Positions 12,408 to 26,377 of a stretch of DNA of 64,000 bases are shown piece after piece; within the stretch, counting starts at the first letter, position 1, and each line of letters opens with the position of its first letter. Below the pieces are notes generated by a model, which saw only the letters and a list, made by a program, of their open reading frames with translations, did no database searches and was not told where the DNA came from. Source of the stretch: Azolla caroliniana (Eukaryota; Plantae; Polypodiophyta); assembly GCA_043228905.1 (NCBI GenBank), contig JBHGNT010000020.1, positions 8,866,001 to 8,930,000 on the forward strand, in the 5' to 3' direction. The position numbers were made by a program, and so were the translations under genes.

Positions 12408-15400
12408 GTGCAGAGGACAACCGGGGGATGGATGTCTAGACCAAACGACGACCACATCACCGAACGAGGGAGACGATACACCGAACGCGAGCAACGACGG
12501 GAATCCCTACAGCAAGCCGTCGACGAGATCCGGCGGGATCGGTCATTCTCCAAAACTCTTCGGAGAGTCGCAGAAGAAGCACTACAGTTCCGGGTTCTGC
12601 AAATCCCCGACGAAGGCAGTAGCATAACAAGCCTGCAAGAGGCGGAAACGATACTGCAGACGCTCGCCGCGGGCGACGGGGACTCGGAAGCATTCGCAAC
12701 ACTTGAGGCGGAGTCGGAATGCGACGGAAGCGTTGCATCCCGGTATAAAAGCAGCCACGACACACCAAACGACCGGGAGGACGAGGGGTCGGAAGACTCA
12801 GTAACACCGGCGCCAGAGGAAGAAATAACCCTGGAATTCGGTGACCGGCAACCGCCGAGGAAGGTTGACCGGATACCAACAACAACCGCGAGGGAACCGA
12901 AGGAGCGGATACCGACAACACCCGCGGAGGAACCAACGGACCGGACACCGGCAACACCCGCGGAGGAACCAAAGGTTCTCACACCAACGCCAACAGCAGA
13001 CAGAGAACGGAGGGAACAGGAAAGTCAGTTGGACGACACGATGCCGTACCCATACCCAAAGTACCGGGATGAGGCCGACGCGGAGGCACACGTGTACGCA
13101 TTCCTCAAAACATGGGAAGCCAACCATATCTTCCAAAGACTGACGGAGCCCGAAGCCGAACAATCCAAAATCGCCGAATTCGGCATAACCTTAGAAGGAC
13201 CGGCGGCCCAATGGCACGCAAAGCACTTACCAGGCACCTTTGCCACATTCGATGCCTTGAAGGCCAGATTCCTCAGGTTTTTTCACAGACAATTTGAGCA
13301 AAGGGAATTGGTCGGGCAGTTCTACACCACCCGGCAGGAAGAGAACGAGACTATGCCACAATTCATCATTCGGTTCCAGACCCTGCACAGCCAACTGACA
13401 AGAGCACCACCCGAAGACGAAGCCAAAGCAGTCTTTCTGGCCGCACTGAAAGAGCCGCTTCGAACAATGTGCGGAGTCCTTGATTTCCAAACCAGCACAA
13501 TGGACCAAGTTATTGATCGGGTTTTAGAAATGGACAAGACTAGCCCCTTCTTGTCGATGGGGATGTTACACCGGGCACTCCCAAAAGAGGAAGACCTGAG
13601 GTTCCGACATGCCTAAATTCGGGGCACTCAACAGTAGACTGCACCCTGCGGACACAATGTGTGATCTGCAACTCTCGAGCCCATACAACGGACCGATGCG
13701 AATACAACCTGTTAAATCGGCAGGCAGCACCGGTTCGACACATAGAACCGCGCAATCAGAACCCGGACGAGGATCGATTCCGGAGAGACGACCGCTACCA
13801 ACGCGAACGCGGTAACCGATACGCTGATAGAAGACGCGACAACTATGACCGAGAGGAGAGACGCAGAGATAGCTACCCCCGGGACCGGTACGACAGAGAC
13901 GAATCCCCGGAAGACGACAGACGCGGAGAAGAGAGGCGACAAGGATACGCTGATAGAAGACGCGACAACTATGACCGAGAGGAGAGACGCAAAGAAAGCT
14001 ACCCCCAGGACCGGTACGATCGAGACGGAGCCCCGGAATACGACCGACGCGGAGAAAAGAGGCGACAAGGGAACCGAAATTTCCGACGGAATCAGAAGCG
14101 TGGATTTTTCCGAAGAGAGGAACGTCGGGAGGCAGCAAGGAATGACAACCCGGTATCCGTACCGGATAACCGAAAAACCGAAGACGACCGCCGGAGCATA
14201 CCCACCCTCCAAACCGGGGACAAAGGAGAAACGAGCAACAGTCACAAGGTGTACTGTTATTACTGCCGCAAGGAAGGCCACTATAGTAACCAATGCCCAA
14301 GCAAAAGCTATGACAAGCAGCCGGAAGTCAACATGGTTACAGCCGAAATAACAGAAGTACAACAGGTCACAACCCGGTCAAAGGGAAAGACCGCCGAGTG
14401 GGAAGCCCAGGAGGCAATCAGAAAACAAGCGGCACAATGGATCAAGGAGGCCAATGAACAGAATGCGGCAGAAGTAAGAGACCAAAATATGCCAAAAGAC
14501 GAAGAAATCATACAGCCAGGAGAAAACCCGACGTGGCAAGCGCTACAGGACTGTCAAATCGTGCTGCCGTTAGCACGACTACTACAGTTAGTGCCACGAT
14601 TTACGGGAGATCTACAGGCATCCGTCAGCAAACCGAAGCCGACGCCAGCACCGGCATTCTTCTCCAACCCGGAGGAAGGACCAGCGGTGGTCGATACAAG
14701 TAGCCCGGCGATCACGACAATCGTGAAAGGAAAGGAAATTGCTGGAACGATTATTGACGGAGGCTCCGGGGTAAATGTCATCAGCCAACAGACATGCAAC
14801 GACCTGGGCATCCGGGAATGGGAACCATGCCCCTTCTGGTTACGCCTGGCGGATACTAGCTCAGTCCGACCGACCGGGCTTATCCGGGATTTGGAAATCA
14901 CGATCGGAGGCCACGTATTCCGGATATCGACCGTGGTGCTGCAACTGAATGTACAAGGCGCGTACCCCCTACTGCTAGGACGACCATGGCTGCGAACGAC
15001 GCATATCAAGCAGAACTGGCAAAAGAACATGATCACATTCCGGCGAGGGAAAACAAAGGTACGAGTAACGACGCAACCACGGGTGATCACCAGTAAGGAA
15101 GCAACTCCATTGTATGCGGAAAGCATTAACATGTTGGAGGGATTACTGGACGAGGAAGTCGAGCGGTACCTCGAGGAACACCCACGAATCGTCCCACTAT
15201 TTGAGGTGGATATCACGGCGGCAGTAGAACCGTACATTACGACGCCGGAAGAACCGGACCAAGCGGCGATCCGGGAACTACGACAAGCGCAGGAATCCCT
15301 AGAGAGGGAAATGACGATATCCCAGAGGGTAAAAGCATCCCAACTCGAGGAGGTGGACCTCGGCACAGCAGACAAGCCCCGACCGGTAAATGTTGCAAAG

Positions 15401-18244
15401 GAATTGCCGAAGGAAGAAAAGAAGGCAATGGTAGCATTGTTAACAGACTTCAAGGATGTGTTTGCGTGGTCGTACGAAGACATGCGAGGGTTGGACCCCC
15501 AACTCTATCAGCACCAAATTCACCTAAGTACGGACGCGAAACCGATTGCTCAACGCAGGTACCGGATGAATCCGAATTATGCGGCAAAGGTGAAGGAGGA
15601 AATTGATAAGCTCCTCCGGGTCGGATTTATCCGACCGGTCAATGCGTTTCCACTACCATTTACGGACGGGGTGTTAGATGCGGTAGCCGGGCACGAAGTT
15701 TACAGCTTCCTGGATGGATTTAGCGGCTACAACCAAATACGAATGAACCCGGCCGACCAAGAGAAGACAGTGTTCATGACGGAATGGGGAGTGTTCGTCG
15801 CGGTCGTGATGATGTTCGGACTAAAGACGGCTCCAGCGACCTTTCAAAGGATAATAATGGAAATTTTCGAGGAATATATCCCCGGTTTTATGCAGGTCTT
15901 CCTTGACGATTTCGTGGTCTACAGCCGGCACGGAGAGCATCTCAATCACCTCCGGCTGTGCTTGGAGAAGTGCCGCGAGTACCGATTGAGCCTGAATCCG
16001 GCCAAGTGCGTCTTTGGAGTGGCAAGCGGCAACTTGCTAGGGCACGTGGTGAGTAAGGAAGGAATCGCGTTAGATCCGGATAAAGTCAAGGCGATTCTCG
16101 ATGCACCAGCACCAAGTAACGCAAAGGCTTTAAGCCGGTTCCTGGGCCAAATAAGGTGGCATAGCCGGATGATACGGCACCTCGCGGACTTCGCTACACC
16201 GTTACATACCGCCGTACATAGGGTACCCTTCCTATGGGCAGAGACGGAGGAGGAAGCCTACAAAGCATTGAAGGTCATGCTGTCGCAAGCTCCGGTGGTG
16301 CAACCGCCGGATTGGAGTAAAAGCTTTCACGTCTTCGTCGACGCGTCGGACGTAGCAATCGGCAGCGTTCTGATGCAACTCACAGAGCCGAAATGGTACC
16401 GACCGGTGTACTACGCAAGCCGAAAACTCTCAAAAGCCGAACGGAATTACTCTACGACGGAACGCGAGGCATTGGGAATGGTGTATAGTGTCACAAAGTA
16501 CAGGCACTATCTGCTCGGAAGGAAGTTTTCCTTCCATGTCGACCATTCGGCACTACTCTACCTGGTCTCGAAGGCATCCCTGACGGGAAAAATTGCACGG
16601 TGGACACTGCTACTACAGGAATTTGAATTCGACATTTTCCACCGACCCGGGGCGCAGCATGCGGTAGCGGACTATCTAAGCAGACTTGAATCCGGAGAAG
16701 CAGGGGACGGCGTCCAGGATGAGTTTCCCGACGCCGAATTGTTCCGGATCACGACGAAACCGGCAACGGATACAACGGTAGCCGACGAAGACACATGGCT
16801 AACTGAGATGCACCAGTTCCTGAGCACCGGAGTTCCCCCGGACAACATGGACCGCGATGAAAGGAAAAGGGTAGCAGTAAGAAGTAGACATTTCTGCTTG
16901 GTTGGAGACACCCTCTATCACAAGGGGGCAGATGGCATCTGGAGACGAGCAGTGCGGAGCGATTAGAAGGATCTAATCCTCAGGGAAGCCCACTGTGGAA
17001 TTGCCGGCGGGCATTATGCCGGCGACGCAACCGCTCGGAAAATATGGCAGAGCGGACTGTGGTGGCCGACAACCCTAAAAGATGTCGTGAAGTATAGCAG
17101 AGAATGCGATTTGTGTCAACGACTGGGCCAACCCACAGAGCAGGCCCGGATGCCACACCACCCGGTCTTGGCCTTAGAACCGTTTCAAAAGTGGGGGTTG
17201 GACTTTGTCGGTCCCTTCAAACCACCGGCAATGCGAACCGAAAATCGGTATGTCATAGTGGCGACCGACTATTGCACCAAATGGGTAGAAGCAAAGGCCT
17301 TACGGGACAACACGGCCGCTTCCACGGCAAAGTTTCTGTACGAATGCATATGGTGCCGGTATGGATGCCCGATCGAGCTTATAAGTGACCAAGGAGGACA
17401 TTTTCTCGGGCAGGTAGTAGAAAGCCTGACGTCATTTTACGCGATGGTACATAAAAAGAGTACACCCTACTACCCTCAAGCCAATGGACTAGCAGAATCA
17501 ACGAACAAAACTCTGCAGAACATCCTACGAAAAATCGTCAACGAGAACCGGACCGACTGGGATACCAAATTGCAAAGTGCGCTATGGGCGTACCGAACAA
17601 CGTACAAAACCAGCATCCGGACAACCCCGTTCCGACTAGCATTCGGGTTAGAAGCGGTCATGCCGGTAGAGTTCCAGATCCCCAGCTTACGGATTCAAGT
17701 AAAGGAGCGCTTAAGTGAGAACGAGTCCGAACAAATCCGACTGGCAACGCTGTTGGAATTAGAGGAAAACCGAATAGCCAGCTTACTACAACTCGAACTG
17801 GAGCAAAGGAGGAGAAAAGCCTTCGTGGACCGACACCGGCGTGGCTATGAAAAGGAGTTCGAAGTCGGGAAACCGGTGCTACTATTCCAGACAAGGATGG
17901 GGAACATGCCGGGAAAGTTGCGGTTTCGATGGACCGGACCGTTCTGGATCACCAAGGAGTACAATGGGTCGTATCAGCTCGACACGTTGTCTGGAGATGT
18001 CATCGGCAAGTGGGCAAATGGATTTCAGCTAAAGCCGTATAAAGGAAATATGCCAGCCAACCCGTTCAAGCGAAACCCGGAAATCCGGCAAGATGAGGAA
18101 CCGACACCGACAGACGCTACTGAAGACATTCGGACCGAGGAAGAACCGACACCAATACTGGCAAGGACCATCCCGGAAAACCGACAGAAGGATCCGGTAT
18201 CCACACGAACCGACCTGAACAAATCGGGGGGGACTAGCAAATGA
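12408..18244 (+). pseudogene. Ty3/gypsy (non-chromovirus, Athila/Selgy-like) gag-pol, disrupted
   Basis: Gag, CYYCRKEGHYSNQC, protease IIDGGSGVN, RT FLDGFSGYNQI/FLDD, RNaseH VDASD...YSTTEREAL, integrase WGLDFVGP/PQANGLAE/WTGPF. Frame break near 13616, stop at 16964, in-frame RT deletion near 15640. Confidence 0.93.
13819..14070 (+). repeat. 126-bp (42-aa) tandem duplication in the R/D/E-rich gag region
   Basis: YADRRRDNYDREERR...RRQG occurs twice. Confidence 0.85.
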
Positions 18245-18462
18245 CGTGGTCCAAGCAAAATTTAAAAAAAAAAAGAAAAAGAAAAAAAGACGTGGGCAGA
18301 ATCGACGCGAATCATCGTAATGATGGGGAGATCACAAGAGGTGGGAGCGCCACCATGCAACGAAGAGCCGCCATGCATTAAAGAAGGACGTGTGCGGACT
18401 TGCTATTTAAAGCAGGGAACGTGGGTACTCACACGCGGCAAACAAGAAAGGACATACTAATT

Positions 18463-20940
18463 ATGGCGGGAGAAGAACATGCGCAGGAAACGAAAAAGGA
18501 CGGCTCGAGGCACAACCCACTATATAAGACACAGGCCTGCGAAGGGCTCACTTTTCACGAATTTTCCTACATACAGGCGCAGAAGCACAGAAGAGCGACC
18601 CGACGCACAGAGCACACACAGCGCGATCCCGAACAACAGGCAGCAGACGAAGAATTCGAAGAAATGGTACTGTCGGAAGAGGCACCCCAATGGATGAGGG
18701 AGAACGGGTTAAAAGGATTGCTGCGGATCGCCGACGCTCCACCACACGCAGAACCAGAGCAGGCGGTAGCATCGATCGACATATCAGAAGTCACGGAAGG
18801 AGCGGTGCAGGCACTCACGGGGATCAAAGCAGGAGGACTGCAAACAATCGAAAACCCTTCCAGTGAAATCCTGTTCGAATATTTCGGGGAATACTCTATC
18901 AGCAGCAAGGCGTACCGAACGCAGGGCGGAGAGAACCTGCTGTTCGGAGAAGTGGCCCGCGCTATGATGGAATACGGATTCGTGAATCCCTGTCCCCCAG
19001 CCATAGCCAAGTACCGTGCAGCATTCTTGATAGCAGCGTACGAGGGCTTACAAATAGACTCGCTCCATTTCATAACCGAAGGATTGAAGGAGGCCATAAA
19101 AAATCTGGTGGAAGGAAAAAAGCCATGGGCCGGGATAGCACAGTGGCTAACGGTGTTAGTCCCACCGGTACTCCCCATCGCACAAAAGAAAAGAAGTCGG
19201 CAGGAGACGACGCCGAAAAAGGTCACAAAGCGCCGACAGATCTTGGAGAAACACACCCCCGGATGGACCCCGCAAGAAGCAGAACAGCAGGGGGAAGGAC
19301 CATCCCGACAGCAACAGGAACCGGCAACAAAGGCAAAACCGGCAGGTAAAGGCAAAGGGAAAGCGGCCGAGGAGGAACTGGTAGTGCGCAAACCAATCCA
19401 TATAACGTTGCGACGGCCGGAACCGGAACCAGGGGTCTCTAGACAAAAGATTCGTCTGGTAACCGCACCGGAGGAGGAAACGGAAACAGAAGACTCATCC
19501 GAACCACTGGTAAGACTCCCAGCAAGACAAGGTCGGGAGAAACGGGCGAAAGGACCGGCTCCACCAGTGGACAGAACTCAGCAGAGGGCGCAAGGACCAT
19601 CTCCAGTAGCCGAGGTGGAAACAGCACCGGAACCCGTACCCAGGGAAGCAGCACCGACACCGGTTGGGCCGGACCTCAGAAAACCGGTCATCCCAGAGAA
19701 GAAGAAGGAACGAGCGCCGGAGCCGGAGCCAGAGAAGAGGCCGGAAAATCAGCCTGGCTTAAGTGAGCAAGGCCACCCCGAAATCGGAAGAACAAAGCCA
19801 CAATGGCTGAGATGGCTTTCGGAGCAGTTATCGGGAGTAGCGGACCAGTTAGAGAAAGAAGAAACGTGTCGGCAACAGCTGACGCATACAACAACTCAGG
19901 AGTTGGTCGCGCTCCGAACACAGATCGAGGAAATGCAAGGGGAGCTGTTGCAGGCAAGGTAAGGAATTCAACAAGCACAAGCTGTCACCCAGCCGGTCGG
20001 GACAACAAGGAAGCAACCAGAACCGGAACCGGAACCGGTAGCCTTGCAAACCGGCCCTGAGACCGAAAAAATAATAGAAACCTTACGAGAGGAGTTACAA
20101 GCTCAGGAGGCATTAAGGGAAAGAGAAAGGGAGCAGCGGAAAGCGGTGGAGGATGACAGACGAAAAATGGAAGAAGGCCTCCGGAAAGGTGGAGCCGCTA
20201 ATGACCGGATGCAAGAAGAAAAAGAGAAGCTGCAGAAGGAGAAGGACCGACTACGTCGACATGCCGAACAAGAGAAAGAACGACTGCAGGAAGAACTCCG
20301 ACAACAGAAGGACCGGGACGATCGGTTAAGAGCTCAGGCAACCCGACGCCTGAAGCAGAAGACGGAGGACTTCGACCGTCTCTACCGAGATCACAAGCAG
20401 GCGGAGTCGGACAACAAAAAATGAGCAGCAGACTACGACCGGCAAATAGAGAAGCTGAAAGAGCAGCTCAAAGAGACCCGATTAGACCTGGCTAAGGCGA
20501 TGGATGAGGTCAGTGCCAACAAGGAAGCATTGTCGGCGGAAATAGCCCAAGCAACGGAGAGAAGGAAGGAATTAGAGACGCTAAGGCAGGAAAAGCTGGA
20601 CCTTACCAAGATCAGGAATGAAGAAAAGGAAAAATCGACCTTCACGATCAGCAAACTGCAGAGTACCTATGAAAAGCAGAAAGCAGAATACGAGGCCCAG
20701 GCTCAGATAATGTCCGACATTATAAAACGGGAAAGGAAGGAAAAGTAGGAAGCTTATGCGCATGCTAAGGCAGGAGTTGACCGGATCAAGCTCATCATGT
20801 CAGGATGGAGTACCCGAGCTCAGGCAAGTATCAACAAAAGTACGGAAAAGCTATGGAAGGAGTGGTCACAATAGGCAGCCGAGCTGCAGACACTCCGAGC
20901 GGATGCCAAGAATCGGAAGAAGACCGGTGACAGGTTCTAT
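18463..20940 (+). pseudogene. Extra (accessory) ORF 3' of gypsy pol: globular N-terminal part, P/E-rich linker and long coiled coil
   Basis: ORFs 18400-19962, 20044-20424 and 20500-20748 are all in one frame and separated only by single stops; ATG at 18463; truncated at the LTR junction. Confidence 0.75.
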
Positions 20941-21109
20941 AACCGGTTCATACCGGGTCTGCATCATCCGGCTCTCCGTAGCCGGGTACTCCTCATCCGG
21001 TTCATACCGGGTCTGCATCATCCGCCTCTCCGTAGCCAGGTCCACCTCATACGGTTTCCCATCAGCCCTGTTCTTCCCCTTTCCCATCGGAGGGACCTAT
21101 CTCCCAACA

Positions 21110-21440
21110 ACAACCTCCATCGCCATCCAGAATTTTTGCATGCAATTGTTAATCTAGCAAAAGTCATGTGAGCACATATTTAAGATTAAAAGTCAAGCGA
21201 ATGTAAAAGCATATGAGTGCAAAATTCATGTGAACCTAGTTTTATCCGACTTGATCACTCTTAGCTCAACATGAGAACCAATTGCATCATCTGTCACAGT
21301 TTGTCGAAGCTCCTTCAAAGATTCAAATTGCCTTCCCTCCAGCAAAGCCGTTCTATGAGAGACATCAAACATCGAAATGAGAGCGAGATAGAGAGAAGAA
21401 GAAGAAGAAGAAAGCATTGGATCTATACAAAATGATGAGA
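21110..21440 (-). pseudogene. MULE transposase 5' fragment
   Basis: Same sequence as 4382-4700 and 11071-11400. Confidence 0.8.
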
Positions 21441-21443
21441 AAA

Positions 21444-24400
21444 TGTTCTTCCCCTTTCCCATCCAGGAGGGATCTGTCTCCCAACAAACTCCCCCTTCAC
21501 TCCGGCATGGGGTGTCTTCCGATCCGATCCTCTTCCAGCATGCATCCCGCTTGTCGGGTGTTAGCACTTTGGTCAGCATATCTGACCCGTTCTCGGCCGT
21601 GTGGATCTTCGTTAGCGTGAACTGTTGGTCATCTACTCTTTCCCGGATCCAGTGATACCTCCGCTGGATATGCTTCGTCCGGGAATGGTAGGCCGCGTTC
21701 TTAGCAAGGTGGATGGCACTTTGACTGTCGCAGTAGAGTCGGTATTCCTCTTGCCGTATACTGAGCTCTCCGATGAAGTCCTTCATGCATAAAATTTCCT
21801 TGCCGGCTTCCACAACTGCCATGTACTCCGCCTCTGTGGTTGACAACGCAACCGTCTTCTGCAGCCTCAACTGCCACGAAACAGCTCCCCCTGCATATGT
21901 CATCACATACCCGGATGTAGACCGGCTGGTATCCACATCAGCCGACATGTCCGAATCGGTGAAACCGTCTAGTTGAGGTTTTCTGGAGCCGAATCGGAGA
22001 CACATATTTGAAGTGCCCTTCAAATACCGGAGTATCCATTTGACCGCATTCCAGTGCTCCTTACCGGGATTGCTCATAAACCGGCTCACCACTCCAACTG
22101 CGTATCCTATATCTAGTCGAGTACAAACCATTGCGTACATCAGGCTCCCGACGGCAGAACCATATGGGATCTTCATCATATCCGCCTTCTCTACTTTCGT
22201 CTTCGGGCTTTGCTTACCGGATAGCCTGCAGTTTGCCGGAAGTGTCGATCCGACCGATTTTGCTTCTGACATGTTGAACCGGTGAAGCACCTTTCTCACA
22301 TACTTCTCCTGTGACAGCCATAGTTGCTTCTTTAACCGGTCCCGAATGATGTGCATCCCCAACATCTATCTTGCCGAACCCAAGCCTTTCATTGAGAAGG
22401 TCCGGTTGAGAGCCTTCTTCAGCATCCGTATTTTTACTTGGTCTCGTCCGACGATCAACATGTCATCCACGTACAGGAGAAGTATCAAGAAGTCTCCTCC
22501 TTCGAACTTCTTCACAAACACGCAGTGATCGACCTGCGTCTTGTGGTACCCTTGATCGGTCATGAAGGAATCGAACTTCCGGTACCATTGACGGGGAGCC
22601 TGCTTCAGTCCGTACAGGCTCTTCTTCAACCGGCATACCAGGTGCTCCTTCCCTTTCTCCACGAATCCTTCTGGTTGCTGCATGTAGATCTCCTCTTCGA
22701 GGTCGCCGTGAAGGAATGCCGTCTTCACGTTCAGCTGCTCTACCTTGAGGTCCATGCTTGCCGCTATACTCAGCACCATCCGGATGGAGGTCATCTTTAC
22801 TACCGGGGCAAATATCTCGTCAAAGTCCACGCCCTTCTTCTGCTGGAACCCCTTCACCACGATCCTGGCTTTGTATCTCGGGGGGTTGCCGGCATCTCCC
22901 GGTTTAACCTTGTACACCCACTTGTTTCGGAGTGCCCGCTTCCCTTTCGGCAACTCCACCAATTCGTACGTACGGTTCTCATGCAGGGAATCCATCTCGT
23001 GCTGCATGGCACTTAACCATTTTCGGCTGTGGGTGTCATCCTTCGCTTCTTTGAAGCTTTCCGGCTCCCCCTCATCGGTCAGCAGAACATGCTCTGCATC
23101 CGGAAATCGCCGGGGGGCCCTTCTCTCTCTGAGAGGATATCTCCGTCTTCGGGCTTCGGTAACCGGCTCCTCCATTTGCTCTTCATCCGAATCCGATTCG
23201 GGGTCTTGGCCGGTTCCGATTTCAGCTTCCTCTACTTCTTCTTCAACTGGTTTGGTATCCTCACCGTAACCGGCTGGTTCCTCGAGTGCTAACCGGTCTC
23301 TTGCCGGTTGGGTCTGCTCATCGTAGAGTCTATCCTTACCAGTCGACTCAGAGTTCATTATCTTCTTCTCCGACTCCCAGTCGGCGAGCGTCTTGTCCTC
23401 CATGAAGATAATATCTCGACTCTGGAATACCTTCTTGTCGATCGGGTCCCACACTAGGTAGCCGAACTCATCGTCACCGTAACTGAGGAATATGCATGGC
23501 CGGGCTTTGGATCTAACTTTCCTCTCCGGTCCTTTGCTACATGCACGTACGTGAGACACCCGAACACCTTCAGATGCCGGTAGGACACTTCCTTACCGGT
23601 CCATACTCTTTGTGGCGTGTCTCCGTCCAGGGGTACTGAGGGTGATCGGTTTATCACGTATGTCGCCGTCGACAGTGCCTCAGCCCAAAACTTCTTGGGT
23701 AGGTTTGCATGCGCTAGCATACCCCGGACCCTCTCCATTATGGTCCGGTTCATCCTCTCGGCCAGTCCGTTTAGTTCCGGCGTCTTCGGCACGGTAAATT
23801 CGAGCCGGATTCCCTTCGAGCGGCAGTACTCCTCGAACTGCCCCCGGTACACTCCTCCATTATCTGCTCGAACCGCCTTCAGCTTCCGGCCGGTTTCTCT
23901 TTCCACTCTCGCGTGGAGCTCTTTGAAGACGGATAGCACCTGGTCCTTCGTCTTCAGTGGTGTGGCCCATAGCTTCCGAGTGTGGTCATCTATGAACGTC
24001 ACGAAGTACTGCGCTCCGGCATGTGACTTCGTGTCTACTTGACACACATCTGTATGCACCAACTCCAGTGGTACATTACGTCTCATCGGTGGCCTTGGTC
24101 GGAAAGAGGTCCGGTTTCGTTTACCGGCCAGACAATCAGTGCACTTCTCCAAGTGCACATTCTTCACTGGAATGAGGTTGTCGTCTGCAAGACTCTTCAT
24201 CCCCTTCTCGCTCATATGACACAGTCTCTTGTGCCAAAGCTCACCGGTAGTGTCGGATGGCACGTTCACTTCTTCCGGACATAACCGGGCATTCATCAGG
24301 TACAACGTGTTTACCTTCCGGGCCTGAGCCACAATCAGGCTCCCTTTGCTGAACTTCATGACACCGTTCCGGATGCTACCCGTGTAGCCTTCATCATCTA

Positions 24401-25846
24401 GCCGACCGGCTGATATCAGGTTCAAACGAACTTCCGGAACGTGTCGGACATCCTTCAACAACAACTTGCATCCGGTTGGTGTTGTCAGCCACACGTCTCC
24501 TATGCCGACAATTCGGCATGTCCCTTCATTTCCCATCCAGACATAGCCGTGATCACCGGCTGAGTAGGATGAGAAGCATTTCCGGTCCGGGGTAAGGTGG
24601 AACGACGCTCCGGAGTCTACCACCCAGGTCATCTCGTCGCCGGCAAGGTTTATCTCACACTCCTCGGTGATGAGCATCAACTCTTCTTCACTTGCCGCGA
24701 TTGCCGTCGTCCCCTTCCGGTCAGGCCCCCTCCGGTCTTTACCGTTCCGGTCCGGGGTCCGCTTCGAATCGGTACCGTCGGTCTCCTTATCTTTTCAGAA
24801 ATGCCGACAGTTCTTTTGGAAGTGTCCCGGCTTGCCGCAATAGAAGCAAGTAAGCCTCCCCCTTGACTTTGACCGTGTCCCCGACTTCTCCCGGTTCTGA
24901 GGACTACGATTTCTTTGTCTTCCGTGTTCCGATTCGGTAAGGAGCACTTTGGAGTCGGAGCTCGTATCTTTATCTTTCCGACGCGCCTCCTCATCTAGCA
25001 AGCTCGACTTTACTCTTGCTAGGGATAACCGCTTTCCTTCCAGCCCAGCGTTGCCCAAAGTGACAACCAACGTCTCCCAGCTATCCGGGAGGGAACCGAG
25101 CAGGAGTAGCGCAAGTACCTCATCAGCGAGAGGTACTTCCAATGAAGTTGCCTGGTGGATCAGCCCCTGTAAGGCATTCATGTGCTCCGCCATGCTGGAG
25201 CCATCTTGGTACCGGAGTCTTACTAGCTTCCGGAATACCGACACCTGGTTAACAGCATTTTCGTTCTGAAACATTATGTCGAACTTCTCCCAGAGCTCAT
25301 GACCCTTGCTCTCTTCATTGAAGTTGTTGTAGAGGCTCATGTCGATGAAGCACTGTACGTACGCCGTTGTCTTCATGTGCATCACCTCCCATATCGCGGC
25401 GTCGATTTTGTCCGGTCTCTTGTCCCCGAACTGAACCGGCAGCCAGAGGTCTTTAACCACGAGCATATCCCTCATCTTCGACTTCCACACTGAATAGTTG
25501 GAGCCGATGAGCTTGAACATGCCGCCAAACGATTCGTCCATTTTCTGTGTTGATTTCGCTCTGATACCACTTGATGGGAATTGATCGTTCCTTATGCGTA
25601 ACGTTCGCCACAACCGAGATTCTTTTCATACGCAGAAAACAAGAAATGAAGTGCGACACAAAGGAGAGGAAGATACATAGGAGGTTAACGTGTAAAATCC
25701 CAAACAAGGGAAAAAAAAAAACCACGGCAGCCCACAGGCTGCAAACTGTCACTATGTATGAATGTACAAAAGAGTGAGTTCACGGAGGCAACGACCTCGG
25801 ACTCACGATCTTCGCCATAGGCAGCGGTTACAACAGAGGCAACGAC

Positions 25847-25889
<43 letters not shown>

Positions 25890-26377
25890 CAGTTACGCAC
25901 ACTAATCTCGTGTAATATAGAAAAATGACAACCACAAACAATATTAGTTTGCCCTAAGTCATATTTATACTAATATAACTTTTCGGCTATTTACAAATAT
26001 AGCCACGATGGGCTCTCAGAAACATATTTACGAATATGTCTCTTCCTCCGGTTCATACCGGGTCTGCACCATCCGGCTCTCTGTAGCCGGGTACTCCGCA
26101 TCCGGTTCGTACCGGGCCTGCACCATCCGGCTCTCCGTAGCCTGGTACTCCTCATCCAGTTCATACCGGGCCTGCATCATCCAGCTCTCCGTAGCCGGGT
26201 ACTCCTCATCCGGTTCATACCGGGTCTGCATCATCCGGCTCTCCGTAGCCGGGTACTCCTCATCCTGTTCATACCGGGTCCCAATCATCCGGCTCTCCGT
26301 AGCCAGGTCCACCTCATACGGTTTCCCATCGGCACTGTTCTTGCCCTTTCCTATCCGGAGGAACCTGTCTCCCAACA
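21444..26377 (-). mobile_element. Ty1/copia copy B: full internal region with frameshifts, 5' LTR 25572-26377, 3' LTR cut to 21444-21486
   Basis: Gag 24795-25613, PR/IN 23454-24680 (DNGG, ELNGLAERMNRT), RT 22366-23559 (LYVDD), RNaseH 21226-22365; PPT 21487-21500; PBS 25558-25569. Confidence 0.95.

Larger units (their letters stand above)
11722..21109 (-). mobile_element. Copia LTR ends (11722-12393 and 20941-21109) split by a gypsy internal segment, inserted in MULE
   Basis: TGACGGGAACTG at 11722 and CTCCCAACA at 21109; flanks GCAAC (11717-11721) and ACAAC (21110-21114); empty MULE site GCATGCAACCTCC at about 11067-11079. Confidence 0.88.

Noticed and set aside
21226-22365. Apparent RNaseH-MuDR fusion protein
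   Set aside because: Chance read-through across a rearrangement junction, LTR remnant and UTR in a frameshifted element.
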